Assembly (NCBI RefSeq): GCF_009914755.1
Contig: NC_060944.1
Strand: one strand, 5' to 3'
Length of the DNA stretch: 64,000 nt
Source: the human T2T-CHM13v2.0 reference genome, Homo sapiens
Part shown: piece by piece, positions 13,401 through 28,595 of the stretch
Numbering within the stretch: position 1 is the stretch's first letter
How the letters are laid out: the number at the start of each line of letters is the position of its first letter
Made by a program: the position numbers and the translations under genes
Notes under the pieces: model-generated
What the model saw: the letters and a program-made list of their open reading frames with translations, nothing else
Database searches by the model: none
What the model was told of the DNA's origin: nothing

Positions 13401-15511
13401 AGGTCTGCCAAACCACAAGCCAGACAGGCGGCAGAACTTCCCCAACACCTCCCCGCCCCGGGACTTTTCCTAGCAGTAAAAGTCGAAGGTGGGGGCCAGC
13501 AGACGGTGGCGGCCAGCAGGTGGCAGGTGTAACTGCAAGGCCTGGGGCTGGGACACACCTGAGCCCTTTTCTTCACTTGCTTCCAATTGTCTTTCTCCCC
13601 AGAGCTAAAAAGGTACATGAGGAGGCTAAATAATAAGTCACAGACCTATTCTGCAGAATATCCACCCATTTCAGACATCACAGAACAATTAAATTAAGGA
13701 GATTTTTTTTTTCCATTACAAAAAGGGAACATCGAGATCTTGGTTAAAATACACAGAGATCAGGATGCCACACAGCTGCGACCTGGGGCAGGATACAGAC
13801 ACTCTGAGTCTCAGCAGGCTCTTCTGCAAGCCTTGTGAGGAGGTGTTGGGTGGTGACGGGGCACCAAGGAAGTACTCAGTGAAGTGCTGGCTTCTCCATC
13901 ATCAGCAGCAGGCTGAGATTCAGGCTGGAGCCTCATCACCAGCTGGGAGCATCTCTGAGCTTTCTCTGCCGGTGAGGATGGGAGGTCCTTCTCTGTCCAC
14001 ACCTCTCCACCTCCCAGCCCTGCAGCAGGGCCACAGCCTGGACCACAGAACTCCATCTCCCACTTTCCTGGGGGCAACATGACCCTGTGACCTTGATCTC
14101 ATTAGAATCGAGTTGCCCCTGACCTTCAAATAGCTGGGTGACCTCAAAAGGCCAAAGAGCAAAGTGCTTCCATCCTACAGGAGGAGCTGCAGATCTGTAA
14201 CTGCTGATTAAAGGCCCACGAGGGACTTGGGACACAGCTCCCAAATGACACTCTCAGCCTTCCCGATTTTTGCCATACTCAAGTACCCCATTAAAGGCAT
14301 TAAAATTCTTCAGTATTTTTCTTTTCAACTGAAATAAAATATTCAATTGGTTTACTTATTACTTAACCCGATCTTAAGCAATAATACTCACGAAATCGAC
14401 AATGTGCTTGTTATATTTTTCCTAACATACATTCACATGAGTACGGAACTATTAAATTTTAAATGACCATCCACGTGCCATCTCCAGTTTTCTCATGTGC
14501 TACCGTTTGCTTCGGGTTTATAGATTTCTTGGAACTGACATGGGAGGGTGGCTAGGACACAGATGGGTGCAGTGGGCTGGACATCCAGTGGGGCCAATTA
14601 CGAGTCATGCACCCTTGGGCAATTGACTTCTGCCCTCTGAGCCTCAGTCTATTTATCTGTAAAACAGGTCTAGTAGCTCTTGGAGGGTTGCATGTAGCGC
14701 CATGTAAGACAAGTCTAGTAGCTCTTGCAGGGCTGCATGTGGTGCTGTGCCTGGCACATGGTAGGCATTCAGGAAATAAGGGGAGGGGGGTCCATGCTGC
14801 CCTCACAACAGGAGGAAGTCAGGACTGCTTCCCAGCACTTCTATCTCTAGATGAAAAATAGGCCTGAGAGCCACAAAGCCGGTAAGTGAGGCTGCCATGA
14901 CTGTGACCTGGTATCCCGGTGCCACAGCCACACTGCTCTTTTCTTCTTCTTCTTCAGAGCATGCTAGAGTCAAGGGGAGAGGGACCACTGCCTGTCAGCC
15001 CATCTCACTCCAATGAGGCCCTTCAAACACCCACCTCAGCAGCCATGCCCCAAGCCCAGGACACGAAGCTCCACACTGAGGTCCACGCTGTCTGGGAGGA
15101 AGGCAGCCTCGGCGTTTGCCGCCTCTGAGTAACCACCTCCCCAAGACATGATTCATACCTGTCTGGGGTCACCCACATCCTCATTCCCTGCAAAGGAATG
15201 CAGGCCAGGTGAGGCGGGCAGGCGGTGGCTCTGGGCTGGAGCCCAGCGGGGCTGGCAACAGCGGCTGATGGGCCAACCCAGCCCCAGAGCTGCTGGAGTC
15301 TGTCCAGTCTCCAAGGCTCTGCCACTATCCTGGGCCCCCTGGCTGGGGCTGGGACAGACACCCAGGTCTCTGGTACCCGTTACGGGCCCAGATTCAGGTT
15401 ACAAAATGTTTTCCCCGCTGAAGCACCTGGCATTTCACCGCTAGAGAATCGGACCTCCAGCCCAGCTTGGCCCTTTCACAATCCGTCTGCCCTGCTTAAA
15501 ACTGCAGGCCT

Positions 15512-15662
15512 GGCCCGGCGCAGCGGCTCACGCCTGTAATCTTTGGGAGGCTGAAGCAGGAAGATCAATTGAGATCAGAAGTTCGAGACCAGTCTGGCCA
15601 ACATGGTGAAAACCCATCTCCCAAACTACTAGAATTACAGGTGTGAGCCACTGGGCCTGGCC
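15512..15662. mobile_element. Fused inverted Alu fragments
   Basis: A sense left arm (15512-15620) is joined to an antisense Alu 5' end (15618-15662). Confidence 0.8.
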
Positions 15663-18600
15663 TAGCAGTACTCCTCTGATTAGCACCAGAAGGATTTTGT
15701 GGCTGAAAAGTGGCCTGAGTTTCCTCCTCCCCCTCACCAGACCTCAACTTACCCATCTGCAAGCTTGGGGCTGAGGGCAGCTTAGCGGGCTTAACTCTGC
15801 CACACCCTGGAATTACCTGGGGAGCTTTAGGAAACCCAGATGGCCCGGCCCCATCCCAGAGGTAGTGGGTCTGGGGTGCTGCCACAGCCCCTCAGGTGGT
15901 GTTAATGTGTGGCCAGGACTGAGAACCACTGCATTTTGAAGAAGGCTAGAGAGGGTCCCTCCAGTCCAGATGTTCTCTGGACTCTCTCCTCACCCCTCCT
16001 GGGGAGCTCAGATCCTGCCCAAGCACCTCACTGGTCACAGGGACCACTTTCTCCCTTCAGCTGCAACCTGTTACCGACAATTTCTGCTCCCTCCTGCTCT
16101 GAGCCCCAGGGATCGCTGCTGGCACCCTTCCAAGGAGGGAAGTGTGTGGAGGATGGGAGGAGGAGGAAGGAGCAGAGGCCCCCAACCAGCCCATCCCTTA
16201 AACCAAGTGACAGGCGGTTCTGAGGCTCAGGGGAAGGTGGGCTCGTCCCTGCCTAGACAAATGAGGCACAGGCTTCAGGAAGAAAGAGGTATGAGCCTGG
16301 GCGCCCCTGGGGCTCCAGGAATGCCAGGAAAACCTTGTGTCTAGAACTTTCCCCTTCAACCATGGGCTGGCAAAGGGTCCCGCTTCTCTGTGACTCTCCC
16401 TCCCACCCTGTGCCAAGACACTGCAGCCCAAGTTCAAATCCTGCTCTGCGGTGTGCTGGGCAATCCCTGGCAGGTGACTTAGCTCCACCTCCTCCATGCG
16501 ATGGGGTTGCCATGAGGATTAGTGAGACAGGGTGTGCAAAGAGCTCAGTGAGCACCTGCCACTGTCAGTAGGAATTGCTAGGGTTCAAAAAGCCGCGACG
16601 TCACCGGCAAGAACCCAGAAAAACAAGGAGACAAAGCTGTTGGGTGTTGGGTTCATTCCCTAAATACTGACTGCCTCCCAGATTCTCCCCTTTCTTGTCT
16701 TTGTTCCTGAACCCCACCCTCAACTCCGCTCTGAGTCTATTCTGGGAAAAGGATCCAGAGCTCATTCTCACTAGAGTGAAAGGGAATGCCGCGAAGCGCT
16801 CAGAGCAGAGCTCAAGATTTCTGTGGAGAGAGGCTGGCAAGAGAAAATGGAGGCCTCTGTGCACATTTCCGTTTACACCCCTGATTTTTAAAAAAGGAAA
16901 ATGACATATTGTCAAGGAACCAAGGAGTAATGCTTACTCCGGGCAGCCATGCTCTTCGGGGAGGCTTGCTCTTGGAGTCACCCTTGGATGCTGCTTCACT
17001 GAAGTGTGGGAGTTCCCGCTACATGGTAGCTGAAGTGTGGGGCTGGGCCATCTACAGATGGGGAACGTCCTTAGAACTCATGGAAGGAACTGCCTTGGGA
17101 CTCACACAGGGTGACAAGGAGGAGCAGATGGGAGTTGGTCCTGGTGGCTGCATGCACCAGGATTTCTGCAGCCCCACTAGTCTTTCAGTCAGCCATTTGT
17201 CTGCACAACTTCCAGTTTTCCCCATAAGGATCATCCACAACCCGATGGTCAACAAGTGTCATCACTCAAGCCCTCTCTGAACCCCGACTGGGAGCAGACA
17301 CTGGGAGTACCACCTCGGTGAGGATCTGAGTGCAGCAAGGATGGAGGGTGCAATTGATTAGCAATGTCTGTTATGGGCAGCAAGTAGGGGACACTGGATG
17401 GAATGCCATGCACTCAACATCCCTCATCTATACTTTGGAAGTCACTAGGCAGCTCAATAAATACTGGCTGGATTCTACAGGGTTACTGGCAAATTTCTCC
17501 TCCAGTGAACTTTCTCACAGCCATCCAACCAGCAGCTAGACAGACACCAATGACACGCTTTGCACTTGGCCCTAAGCTAGGAGCTGGATATTGAAAACGA
17601 CCTGAGAGAGACCCTTGTTCCCCGATGCAGAGTGGAGGATGCAGTGCAGCTATGCAGATGGGGAACCAACCAGAGGAAAGCACTGCAGGAAGAAATATTC
17701 CCCTTGCAGGCAGAGCCTAGATTTATACGGACAGTTGGAATTTGGACTCATAATTACACCTCTGGGCCATGTGGCAAACAACTCTGATTACCCTCTAGAC
17801 GGGAGGACAGTGACAATTTAGGGCCAAAGCAACTAATAAAATTAGGCAAAATAAGTGGCACCATGTGTAAGTTCACACAGTTTGGAGAATAATGCAAAGA
17901 ACGAACAACCGCAAACATCTAATAATTGTCATTGTTAGAGAAATGAGTAGGGAATGGGGCAGAGGCTCCCTTACACGTGAGCCTAAACATTTAAACATTT
18001 GTTTCATGGTAGGTCCAGCTGATACATTTTTTAAAGAGGCAACATTCTCTGCATCTGTGGCTTATGACTTGAAACGTCTCTCCAGGTCTGGGGTGGGGGC
18101 ATCCCTCCCGTGTCAGCCTGCTCAGAGATCAAGATCCATAAACACAGGGAGAGATACACCCGAGATAGGAGTGCATTGAGCTGCGATCTATCCTAACGAT
18201 CAACAGCAGCAAATGGAGTGGTGTTTAAAGGCTGGTTGGTGTTATTTCATTGGTTATATTCACCCATGTAATTGACACCCTCTCCATCATCTCAATACAC
18301 CCGCCTCTTTTTCCCATATCATAAACAGATTAGAAAACCAGCTTCCTCCTATGGCCGTGACCCTATTGGCTTCTAAGCTCAGCCCCATATGAATCAGCCC
18401 TGGCTCACCGTGATGGCATCTGAAATGACTCAATAACGAGGAGGCATAGACACCAATAAATGAATCATGCCTTCCGCAAGACCAAACCTTTGGCTTTTAC
18501 AGACACCAATTACAAAGTAGAAAGAAAAGAACAAAGAAATTACTCAGGGTGTTTGCGCAAAGTTGATTCAGACATTTACAGAATTATTACCAACTAAATT

Positions 18601-20739
18601 GTTTTTAGGAAGGCAATTAGAACTCTGGCCAGCTACAGACATCAGCTCAGCCCGGTGAGGGGAATCTGCGGAACTGGCGCGGCGGGCACCAAGTTCCTGC
18701 AGGGTTCCCAGACCTGTGCAAAGCTCCCCGGCTTCACTTTCCACCTTCTTCTGGAAAGCTGTTCCGGACCTTGCAGAAATCCTAAGAAGTCAGCACGTAC
18801 ATATAGAGGCACACACACACACACAGACTTGGCAAGTCTCTGTATTAACTTTTATTTTTTATTCCTTAAATGTAGCAGCCATAAGAGGACATTGAGAGTC
18901 TCCCTTCTCTGGGAGTCTGAAGCACATCACTGACCACAACCAAACTCTCACGCCATCTCTCAACTGACATCCACGAGGTGTTTCAGATTGAAGCTCTGCT
19001 ACCTGCTGTATAACTCAGGGGAATGAAGAAAGGCGTTTGCTGTGGCCCCATGCAAATTCTGAGCCTCCCTAAAGGAAGTGTGGTCTCTGGAATGCATCAC
19101 CCCACAGGGCTCGAACCGAATCTTGTTGTCTGGGCATCTGAACCTTATGGGACAGCTTGTGCAGTCTGTGGGTGTTGCCCACATCAAGGATGTGCAAGCC
19201 TAGTGGGCAGCTTGATGCAAGAAGGAGCCAACCTGAGCTCCGCCCAGCTCACACTCTCGGGCAGCCATCCTGCTTACCACCAATCCCTACTTACCATCGG
19301 CACCAACACTCTCGTGGCCATTTATTGAGCATCTACTAGGAATTAGCCCTGTGATAGGTGCTTAAAAGACAATTTGTTTAATCACCTCCGTGCAGTAATT
19401 ATAAATCCTAGTTTATAAATCAGTCAGCCAAGATCAGGGAGAGTAAGGAGCTGACCAAAGACTCCACATCTAGAAAGCGGCTGAGCTATGTTAAAGAGCC
19501 CCAGGACCCCGCCACAGTCTCTCTCCCTGTGCAACTACCAGGTGCCAGGACTGCCCCACAGGCCAAGCAAGGCGTGTGGGGTGCAGGGCAGTCTCTCGGG
19601 ATTTGGTCTAGATGAGCAGAGGGGTAACTAGGCAACTGAGACCACTGGTGCTGAAAACCTCCTGGGGGAAAGAGCAGTTTGCATTGCTCAAAATTTCTGA
19701 AAAACCGATTCAGCTTCCTACTTCTCTTGCTGCCGAGGACATGGCCTGGAAAATCTGATTTCACCTGCCTGGGGGAACCCGGGGCAAAGCTGGGAGAAGG
19801 TCAGGCTCACCTGAGCTCACCCTGTGACACACCTGTGGGAGGTGGGATGTCCGTGGTGGACTCCAACAAGGGACCTCAGAGAAGCCTCCCGGCCTCGGCG
19901 GTTGGAACGCACATGTTTCGACAGTCCGCGTTTTACATATATCATACATAAAATACAAATGTATATTGTATATACTTGAAGATACGTGGCTCTAAATATA
20001 AAAACACACCTTTTTGTATTCTTAACCACTGACACTCAGGCAAATTCATGGCTGGATTTGTCACTTTCATGCTCCCAAAGCCAGTGATGGAACTGGCCCC
20101 TCCTGGAGACCTTAAGGACCAGCAGAGACTCTTCCACTCCTGATGCTGATGCGACTTGCATACTGGGAATCCATGACAACCTGTCAATGACAATAGAGGC
20201 TGACAGCTGCCACTGACAGACCCCTCCACAGGCCCATGCTTTACCGAACATGTTCGGGGGAACAGGGAAACTGAGGTACACAATAACTCCACTTCCACCA
20301 ACTGTCAAAATGTTTATTGATCTATTTGGTGCCAAGATCGTGCAACTTTTATCAACACAAATAAGCACTTGGCACAGCCACCTCCCCTGAAGCCCCAAAA
20401 GCCTATAGTGGGGGCAAATGATATAGGACAGTTTCTTAAGACTTAAAAGGCAAAGTGGCATCTCGAACCTGCATGGCTGTTAGGTGGTTCTAGCTGTGGC
20501 CGTCCAGCCCAAGGGGAGTCTAGCACCACTGCTAAGGAGGATTGCGAGGTGTTTCTTGCTGATGGTGAAGAGTTGGTTCGTGGAGGTCACAATCAACCTT
20601 TATCCACCATCCAGATCCCAGAGCCACTGGGGATTTTCAACTTGTTACTAAATAAAATTCTCTTTTCTGCCAGTAGAGCCATTTCCCAAGCCCACTGAAA
20701 CAATAACAAATGATTTTAGTTAAAAGACATCAAAAAAGG

Positions 20740-21079
<340 letters not shown>

Positions 21080-24000
21080 TCAGACTATAGTTCGAATCTT
21101 TCTGACATCCTTATTAGTTTATGGCAGGCACTGATTCCAAGCCACCTTTCTTCCTACCCCCATTCCCATTAACAACAGGTACATATTAGAATGTGCTGGA
21201 GCATTAGGAATAGCTGATCACCACCTGATACCGCCGAAGTTGAGTCACAATAGCTGCTTAGCTCGGTCCAGCATATGGCATCTCAACATCACCTCTGAGC
21301 AAACTCCACCTTCCTCCGTGAGGACAATAACCCCAAAACACTCCCAGTCTGCAGCAAGTGTGTGCCAAGAAGAATCACCCTAGGAATTCTCCTTCTGGGG
21401 GCCTGCAGCAAGCTCTGGCAATGCGTTTTTGCCATTTGATGGCCTTTGGAGGACTAAAGCCATCACTGTGAAACCTTGACCACCCAGGGCAACTGGAGCG
21501 GGTGCAGGGGAGGTGGGTCTGCATTGACTTCTGTACCTGCCCCTTAGCTCTAGAAGAGAGGGCAGGTATGAAACTCGGGCACAGTTTCCTGCCCCCAATA
21601 GTGGAAACTTTGGAGCATTAAAAATCACATTTTGTACCAGAGGTGCTTTTCAGGTAACGGTCCTGACAACCCCATAGAACAGATGTCATTCTTCCTTCCA
21701 CCTCACAGAGGGTCAACTGGAGACTCGGGAGGATACCACGCTCACCCCCAGAATGAAGGTCTTCAAAGCCTGTATCTTGACCACAAGAATCTGGAATCTC
21801 TTGAAAGTTCACCTGCCCACTTCCTCCCTTCATCCAACGCACATGAGACTCCTACCAGGTTCAGGGACACAACCAACAACAACCCCTCGGTGCTTGGTGC
21901 CTGGAGGGAAAGCAGACATGGCACAGCTAATGACACAAAGATTCGATTACTGCCATGACAGGTGTGACAGGAGGAAGGCCAGGGTGCTCCTGGGCCCCAA
22001 ACAGGACACCAGGCTGGGGGTCTCCCTAGGCGAGGCCCTGAAGGTGCCTCTGAGTGTGGCCTCTCAGCTTCCCTTCTGAAATGACTCGTGTTCTTTCACC
22101 TGTCTCCCTACAAGGGCAGCAGCTCGTAGAGGGCAGGAATTTGTCTGTGTCGTTCCCTGACGTTCTGCGGCCCTGGGAACAGCACCGGAGGTCAGAGGTG
22201 TGTGGCAGATGGTGCTGAACGCTGAGCCCCTGCGGAGGCTGTGTCTAGTGATGTCCCCTATCAAGTCTACATTTGATTCCCTGGGAACATTCCCCAGCTA
22301 CTCCCCAAACCCCCGCCACGACATCTGTTGGTGCTGGTATGTCAGAGATGCACAGAGAGCTGGAGACAGAGACACCAGCTCCTCATGCAGCCTGACAAGG
22401 CACGTGTGTTTTGGGGAGACATTTCCAATGAATGTCAGCCGGTGTCTTGCCAGAGCAGAATGGACCCAATTGCTCTGAGAGGTGGCCAATTCGTATGTGT
22501 TCTTCCCTAACAAATGGTCCAATATGGGCTTGCAGTCTTGGGAGCCTAAAATAGCACTGCAATGGCCAATCTTGCAAAGAAAGCCCTGGAGCTCAGGAGG
22601 TCGGTGTAGTGGAAAAGAAAGCCTGGGAGTGTGGACTGCAAGGTCAGGGAGCTTGCGTTTGAATCCCAATGGAGCATCAGTTCCTGGCTGTGTGACCTCG
22701 AGCAAGTATCTTACACTCTCTGATCCCATTTTTGTATCCGCAGATTGGTGCAATAGCTCTCTCAGGGTTGTTTTGAACACTGAGAAAAATGCGTCACTAA
22801 TACCTGGCACATAATAATCTCTTCACATTCAACTAGGAAAAAGAGCAGAAGCAAAAAAATCCATCAGTAACCCAGGAACAGAAAAGAGAAGCCATTCTGT
22901 GGCTCTCGGATAGTCTGGGGATGCCCCAAGCTCTTCCAGGCTCACCCCAGGGTGCTGAAGCCCCTGCCCTGGCTGGTAAGTCATTCTGGGATTTTTCCCG
23001 GTTTGGTGACAAACAGTTCTGCCAGTGCCTGCCTGACAAGACCCTGACGAGACCCCTGAGGTGTCAAGGTTTGGCTTTGTAGTGTCATCCAACGGGAAAA
23101 TGAGGTTGACTGTCAGTACTCGGCACTGTCACAGCTTCACAGAGGGGTGCAGCCCACCCTGGGGAGAAGGCAGGAAGGAGTGCTTGGAGCAGAAGTGAAA
23201 CTGAAGACCGGCCCCTCCCCGGCCCTCCCCCGCTGCACCTGTTGATGGGGGTGGGGGACATCAGGGCCTTTCTTTTAATGGTTTGCCCCCACATATGATC
23301 ACCTGTTAAAAATTTCAATTGATTCTCACAAAGGGGAGCCCCAAACCATCAGAAGCTTCTGGGCTTTCTGCTCCCAGGTTAGGCTGTCTTAGGAACTGCA
23401 GCCAGTGGGGCATCTGGACGTCAGGGCGGTGTTGACCTCACGGCCCCAGTTTTGTGCCTTGCCTTGTACCCCCTCTTCCAGCCTCTGTCCACCAAGCCTG
23501 GCAGTGGATTAAGGGAACCCTGCTGGCAGACCCGAAGAGACCGTCTGGGGCCTCTTGGGCCAGCAACGGGCATGCTGGGGTCGTTGCCAGCCAGGTCTGC
23601 GGTGGGCCTGGCAAGGACAAGGAGTATTACACAGATAGTCAATTACCTCCATGTTCAAGGCCATGGGCCCCAGATGGGCCTGTTGATTCCAACCTTCCCA
23701 GCCAGTCCGAGGATGGGCAACCTTTTTCTGGTGAAGGCCTTCTCATCACTAGGCACTCTGTTACAGAGTGACCGCTAGGGAACCAGGCAGAATGGACCAT
23801 CGAGTCCAATCCGCCCCACCATCATCGCTCACCTCTATGAACACACAGCTGCTCCAGACACTAGGCCACACACAGCCAGAATCTCTCTGCACCCTCAGCA
23901 CAGGGACTATTATCACCCCACTTTACAGACCCATCAGATGACAGTGAAGGGGGGCACAAAGGGGACACGGCCAGCAAGTTTTGACGCCTCCATCCCTCTG

Positions 24001-25744
24001 GCCCTCGGTCTCACTCCTAACCCACCCACAGCAGGGCAGGTCACTTGATGAGACAGATGGGGTCTGCCAGCAGGTTCTGTGGGGCTTCTTGGTGACAGGG
24101 GAGACAAAAGGAACTGCCAGCACTTAAAACCCAGGAGTTTTATGTCAAAATCTAACCATTCGGCTGCCCTGGAACGGAAAGATCTGGCCACTCAGGGCCC
24201 ATGTGGCAATGGTGGGCTGAGCAGTGGCCACAGTGCCTTTAAACTGGACTCTTGCCCCTGGTTCCCTGGAGCCCACCCCAAAGACAACTGAGTTTGCTTC
24301 CCTGAACCATGCTCCCCCAGCCTCGGGGAGCCCCTGGCACAGCATGGTACCATCCTTGTCACTCCAGAGGGTGCATGAAGAGTAGGTCCGTCTCCCGCAC
24401 AGCTCCCGCACGTGCCCCAACCATGCGTGCGTTACGCAACACTTTGTAAAAAGCAAAAAATGGGCCCTCGGCTTCAATCTCCTTCTCTCAGCATGTGCAC
24501 CGTACAGAACCCGAGGCTGGCAGCAGCACAGCCTCCGAAATTCACCGTGTAAGAGTTCCTTCTCTTTGGGCAGGATCCCAGACACCGAGGTGCCTGCAAA
24601 CTTGGTCTCTGGATGCTAACACCTGAAGAGAGAAGGCCACACCGATCCTCAGGTTTGGACCCTGCCACCAGCACCTTCCTCCAAACATTTTCTGGCTTTT
24701 AAACTATTGACCGGACTATAAACGTTTAAACCCCCTGGCCCTGGGCCACGATGGGAGTGGAGATGGTGGGGGCAGGCATGTGGGCACACCTGACCCCGTG
24801 GCTCTGGGGCAATTTGGTGGCGGGTGCATCTTGCAGCATGGAGGCTTCCTTGGGGCTCCTGAGGGAGGCAACTCTGCTGTAGACGCTTCCAGCCTCCACA
24901 GACCTCCCGACGGCCTCCCTTCTCCTGGGCAGCGGCACACAGGGGTCCACCTTCCTTCTTTTATGGAGAGGGTGCATACCTTCGCACCTCTTACAGGGGA
25001 GAATGTGCACTCTTCCTCCTTTTCTTCTTACATGCCCAGAAGTTTTAACCATTCCCAACCCAAAGAGAAGAGGGCAGGAAAGACAGATGGGGTAGAAGCT
25101 GTGTGTGCCTGTGTATGACTGTGTGTGCGCGTGTGTGTGTCTGCACGTGTGCGCATGCAAGCACCCACTCACAGGCGCGTGTGTGTTTGTACAGGAACAA
25201 TTAGTTATTTTGTGCTTTGACAAATGCTAAACTCACCTCGACCCTGGGTCACACTGGGCAGTGTAGCTGGCTTAACCCAGACCTCCTGGGAAGCTGAGGC
25301 CAACTGTCTGACCTAAGATTCGGGTCATAGAACTCAACTCCCTTAATAACTCCCCTATTGCACCACAACCTAAAACCCAGACAGTCAGAAAACCTGTGGG
25401 TGAAAAGTCCCAGGGTTTAGCGGGTCCACAGGGGAGAACAGCTGGTGTTGGACATCTGTATTTTAACCCCAATCCAAAACATCAGCTTTCACTAACGCCA
25501 GGGTCTCTCCTTAGAAAAGCAAATCCAAGACGAAAACGGGAAAACTTCATCTCAAGAGGAAGCCCCTATCTTTCCTTCATGGCACACAACAGGCACTCAG
25601 TAAAAGCTGAGTGGATGAGTGGCTGCGGAGTGGCCACAGGCCTTCACAGGGACGAACGTCTGACGGGAATTAAGGGTCTCCTGGCAACGCAGATGCTGCC
25701 CTCTGGCCCTCAAGCCCCTTAGGAGAAACCACTAACTGATTAAA

Positions 25745-25931
25745 CAGTGGTCTCAGTAGGGGGCATTTGACCATGTCTGGAGACATTTCTGGCTGTCAAA
25801 CCTGGGAGAGGGGTGCTGGTATCTAGTGGGTGTGGGAGAGGGGTGCTGGTAACACCTTACAGAGCACAGGACGGCCTTTCCTGCCCCCCAACAAAGAATT
25901 ACCGGGCTCAGAATGTCACAGTGCCAAGGCA
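25745..25931 (+). mobile_element. MER20 with small internal duplication
   Basis: CAGTGGTCTCA...TGTCTGGAGACATTT...CAACAAAGAATTA; TGGGAGAGGGGTGCTGGTA occurs twice. Confidence 0.75.
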
Positions 25932-28595
25932 CTGTCTCTACACCCTCACTTGATTCAAGCAAGTGTCAAACAGCATGTGCCAGGCAAGCCCAGGGAAACC
26001 TGGGTGTCCTGTGAGTTTCTGATATTTTCTCATATTTGTTTGGAAAAGGTTGGAGAAGAAGAATCAGAGGCTCGGTGACTCTGGCCAGTGGGTGATGTTA
26101 AAAAGACAGCTGCCACCGTAGATACCACCAGAGATGGGCCCAGGGCAGGGGCACCTCCCAGAACTCTCAGGAAACGCCTCCCGCGTGAGCAGACACCGGG
26201 TGGCCCCAGGTTCAGTCTTTCCCGAGAGCGAACTTAGCATCCATCTGGGCCCCAGAAGTTTGAGGCAATAACCAGAGGAGAAAGACCGGGGGTAATCTCT
26301 GAGACGCAGCAGAACTGAAATGAGGTAGATGAGGTTGCCAGGAAAACCAGGTGCCAGGAGTCCTTTCCTCAAAAGTAGCCGCTTCAAGCTCCAGGCTGAC
26401 ATCTGCAAGGCTGTCACTCGTGCTGCCTGCTTTTAATCCCAGGACCCTTGGCTTTTTAAAAGAAAGGGTTTTCCCACGGGTATGTTTTGGGAACACTGAA
26501 TTCCCACCAGACAGCAGCCTCATCCCTCGACTCTCAGAAAAAATGGGGCCCCAGGAGTGTCCTGTTACAGTCAAGCCCACTCCATTCAGCATCCTGAGAG
26601 CAGACGTGGCTCCCGGCGTACAAAGGGGCTCTGACAATTTCCCCCAGCCCCCAATTTCAAGGAGGACCTGCTCTGGGGCCCAAGTACCAAATTCAAGAGG
26701 TGTGGGCGTGCAGTCCAAGAGAAACCACCCTGGCCTGGGGCTGGTGTGGGTTTTGGACCTCGGGCAAAACTTTCCACGGTGGACTTTCCTCATCTGTAAG
26801 TCAGGGATGTGAACCCCGAGCTTGCGTAGGCTCCTCTCAGGTCTGAAATTTGGGGTAGCTGAAGACCACACAGGGGAACCAGCAGTGGGTGGGAAGCCCG
26901 GTCCAGCCTGAAGACCTCCAGCCAGGCTCAGCAGGGGAGAGGCCCTATCTTGAAAGACTATAGAATTCTAGATTTCATCCATCACGGCCTCATTCTTCAG
27001 ATGAAGACAGTGAGGCCCATCATGGCTTAAGGACCTAGCAAGGTCAATTTCCTTCTGCCAAAAGAAGGTATCTTACAGGATAGGAGCCACTTGGACACTG
27101 CCTCAAAGCCCAACTCCAAACCATCCATCAAGTTCTCGTTGCAAACAACTCCCAGCATGTACTAGATGAAAAACAGCAGCCACTACTAGTTAAAAGAAAA
27201 ACCAAATACTAGCTTTTTTCCTTTCTTTTTTCCTTCCCTCCTTCCTTCCTATCTTTTGGTGTAAAGAAACTCCAGGAGACACCAGGCCTTACCACTTCCT
27301 CACCCTAGTCTCTCGGGGAAATCTGATGAAAACAAACTGTTACAGTATACCTGCATTTTAAAGACTGGTTGGTTCCCTCCGTGCCTTGCAGCTTTCTTCC
27401 AATAAGTAGGGGGCTGTGTATACACAGAACACAGGACTAACTGGGGCACCCAGGGGCCAGCTGGAACAGGCTAGGGTTCCAGGTATTAACCCCAAGGGTC
27501 CCAATCACTCAAAGGCTGCTGGCGGCGGCGGGGCAAAGTGCAGAGGGCGGCGGCAAGGCATTTAACAAGAGGCCTTGATGTCAGGTCAAAAACATCATGG
27601 ACTGATGAGCCTAAGAAAGGACAGAAATAAGAACAATGCTTTTTTTTTTTTTTTTTAAGTCCTGAACCATAAAGAGAGACAAGAGCAAAATGATGCACTG
27701 TGCCCAGCCCTTGGAATAAGGGTGACACAAGGATGTGTGCCCCTCGAGCAGGAGGTCCTCAAGGCAGCTTTACAGAGCGAAAGGCAAAAAGTGAGGCAAG
27801 GAGGGCACTGAAGCAGCAATCCATCTAAGGCAAGACTCTCCAAACGTGTGCGAACGTATTTTAATAACATTCTCGTGCATTTCATTAGCCTCCTGAGTTC
27901 ACAAAGGGCCTCTGGGAAGGCAAGTCGGTTCCGCAAACGCTGGCTCTGGGCAGGTCCTCCTGGCACCTCGCTAGTCTGGCACAGGCCAGCTAAGGTGGGG
28001 TAGGGGGAGAGCTTTCCATTCCAGGCTGGGAGGGAGTGTGGAGAGGTGGATGGATGGAAGGACCCACCACCAAAGCCCGGCCAGCCTGGTTATTTTTACC
28101 ACTTGAAGCTCACTGTATAGGCTCAGGGGCCACAAACTGGCAGCCGCCTGCGGACACTTGCTTATGAGCCGCCCAGACACTGCCTTCATTCCACAGCGGC
28201 TGCTTCTCAGCTCCGGGCCCCAGCTAGGGGCAGCCTGGCCCCCAGCAGGGAAGGACTGTGTGCCCCTTCACCTGGCGTGCTTCTTCAGGGTGGGGATGGG
28301 GAAACTAAAGCTCAGGGAAGCAAAAGGTCCCCGAAAAGGTGGGCTGGGGGACAAGGTGTAGGCTAGAAGCTAGAAGCCAGAACCCGGGAGGTAGTGGTTC
28401 AATTCTCCACTCAACCAAATGTCCACCTAGGTGGGCTGTGTGTGCAGGAGGTAGAGACTTACTTATCTGAACTTTTGGGTGCCCAGGCGGCTGCGTTAGC
28501 GACAAGGTTCAAAACCCCACTCCCCACCGTTGGTCCACTGATCCCTTATTTAGGGCCAGGCAGTCCCAAACACAAACAGCCCCAAACTTTGACTC

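Noticed and set aside
20030-20700. Possible old LTR-like element
   Set aside because: The family could not be assigned confidently from memory; needs a Dfam search.
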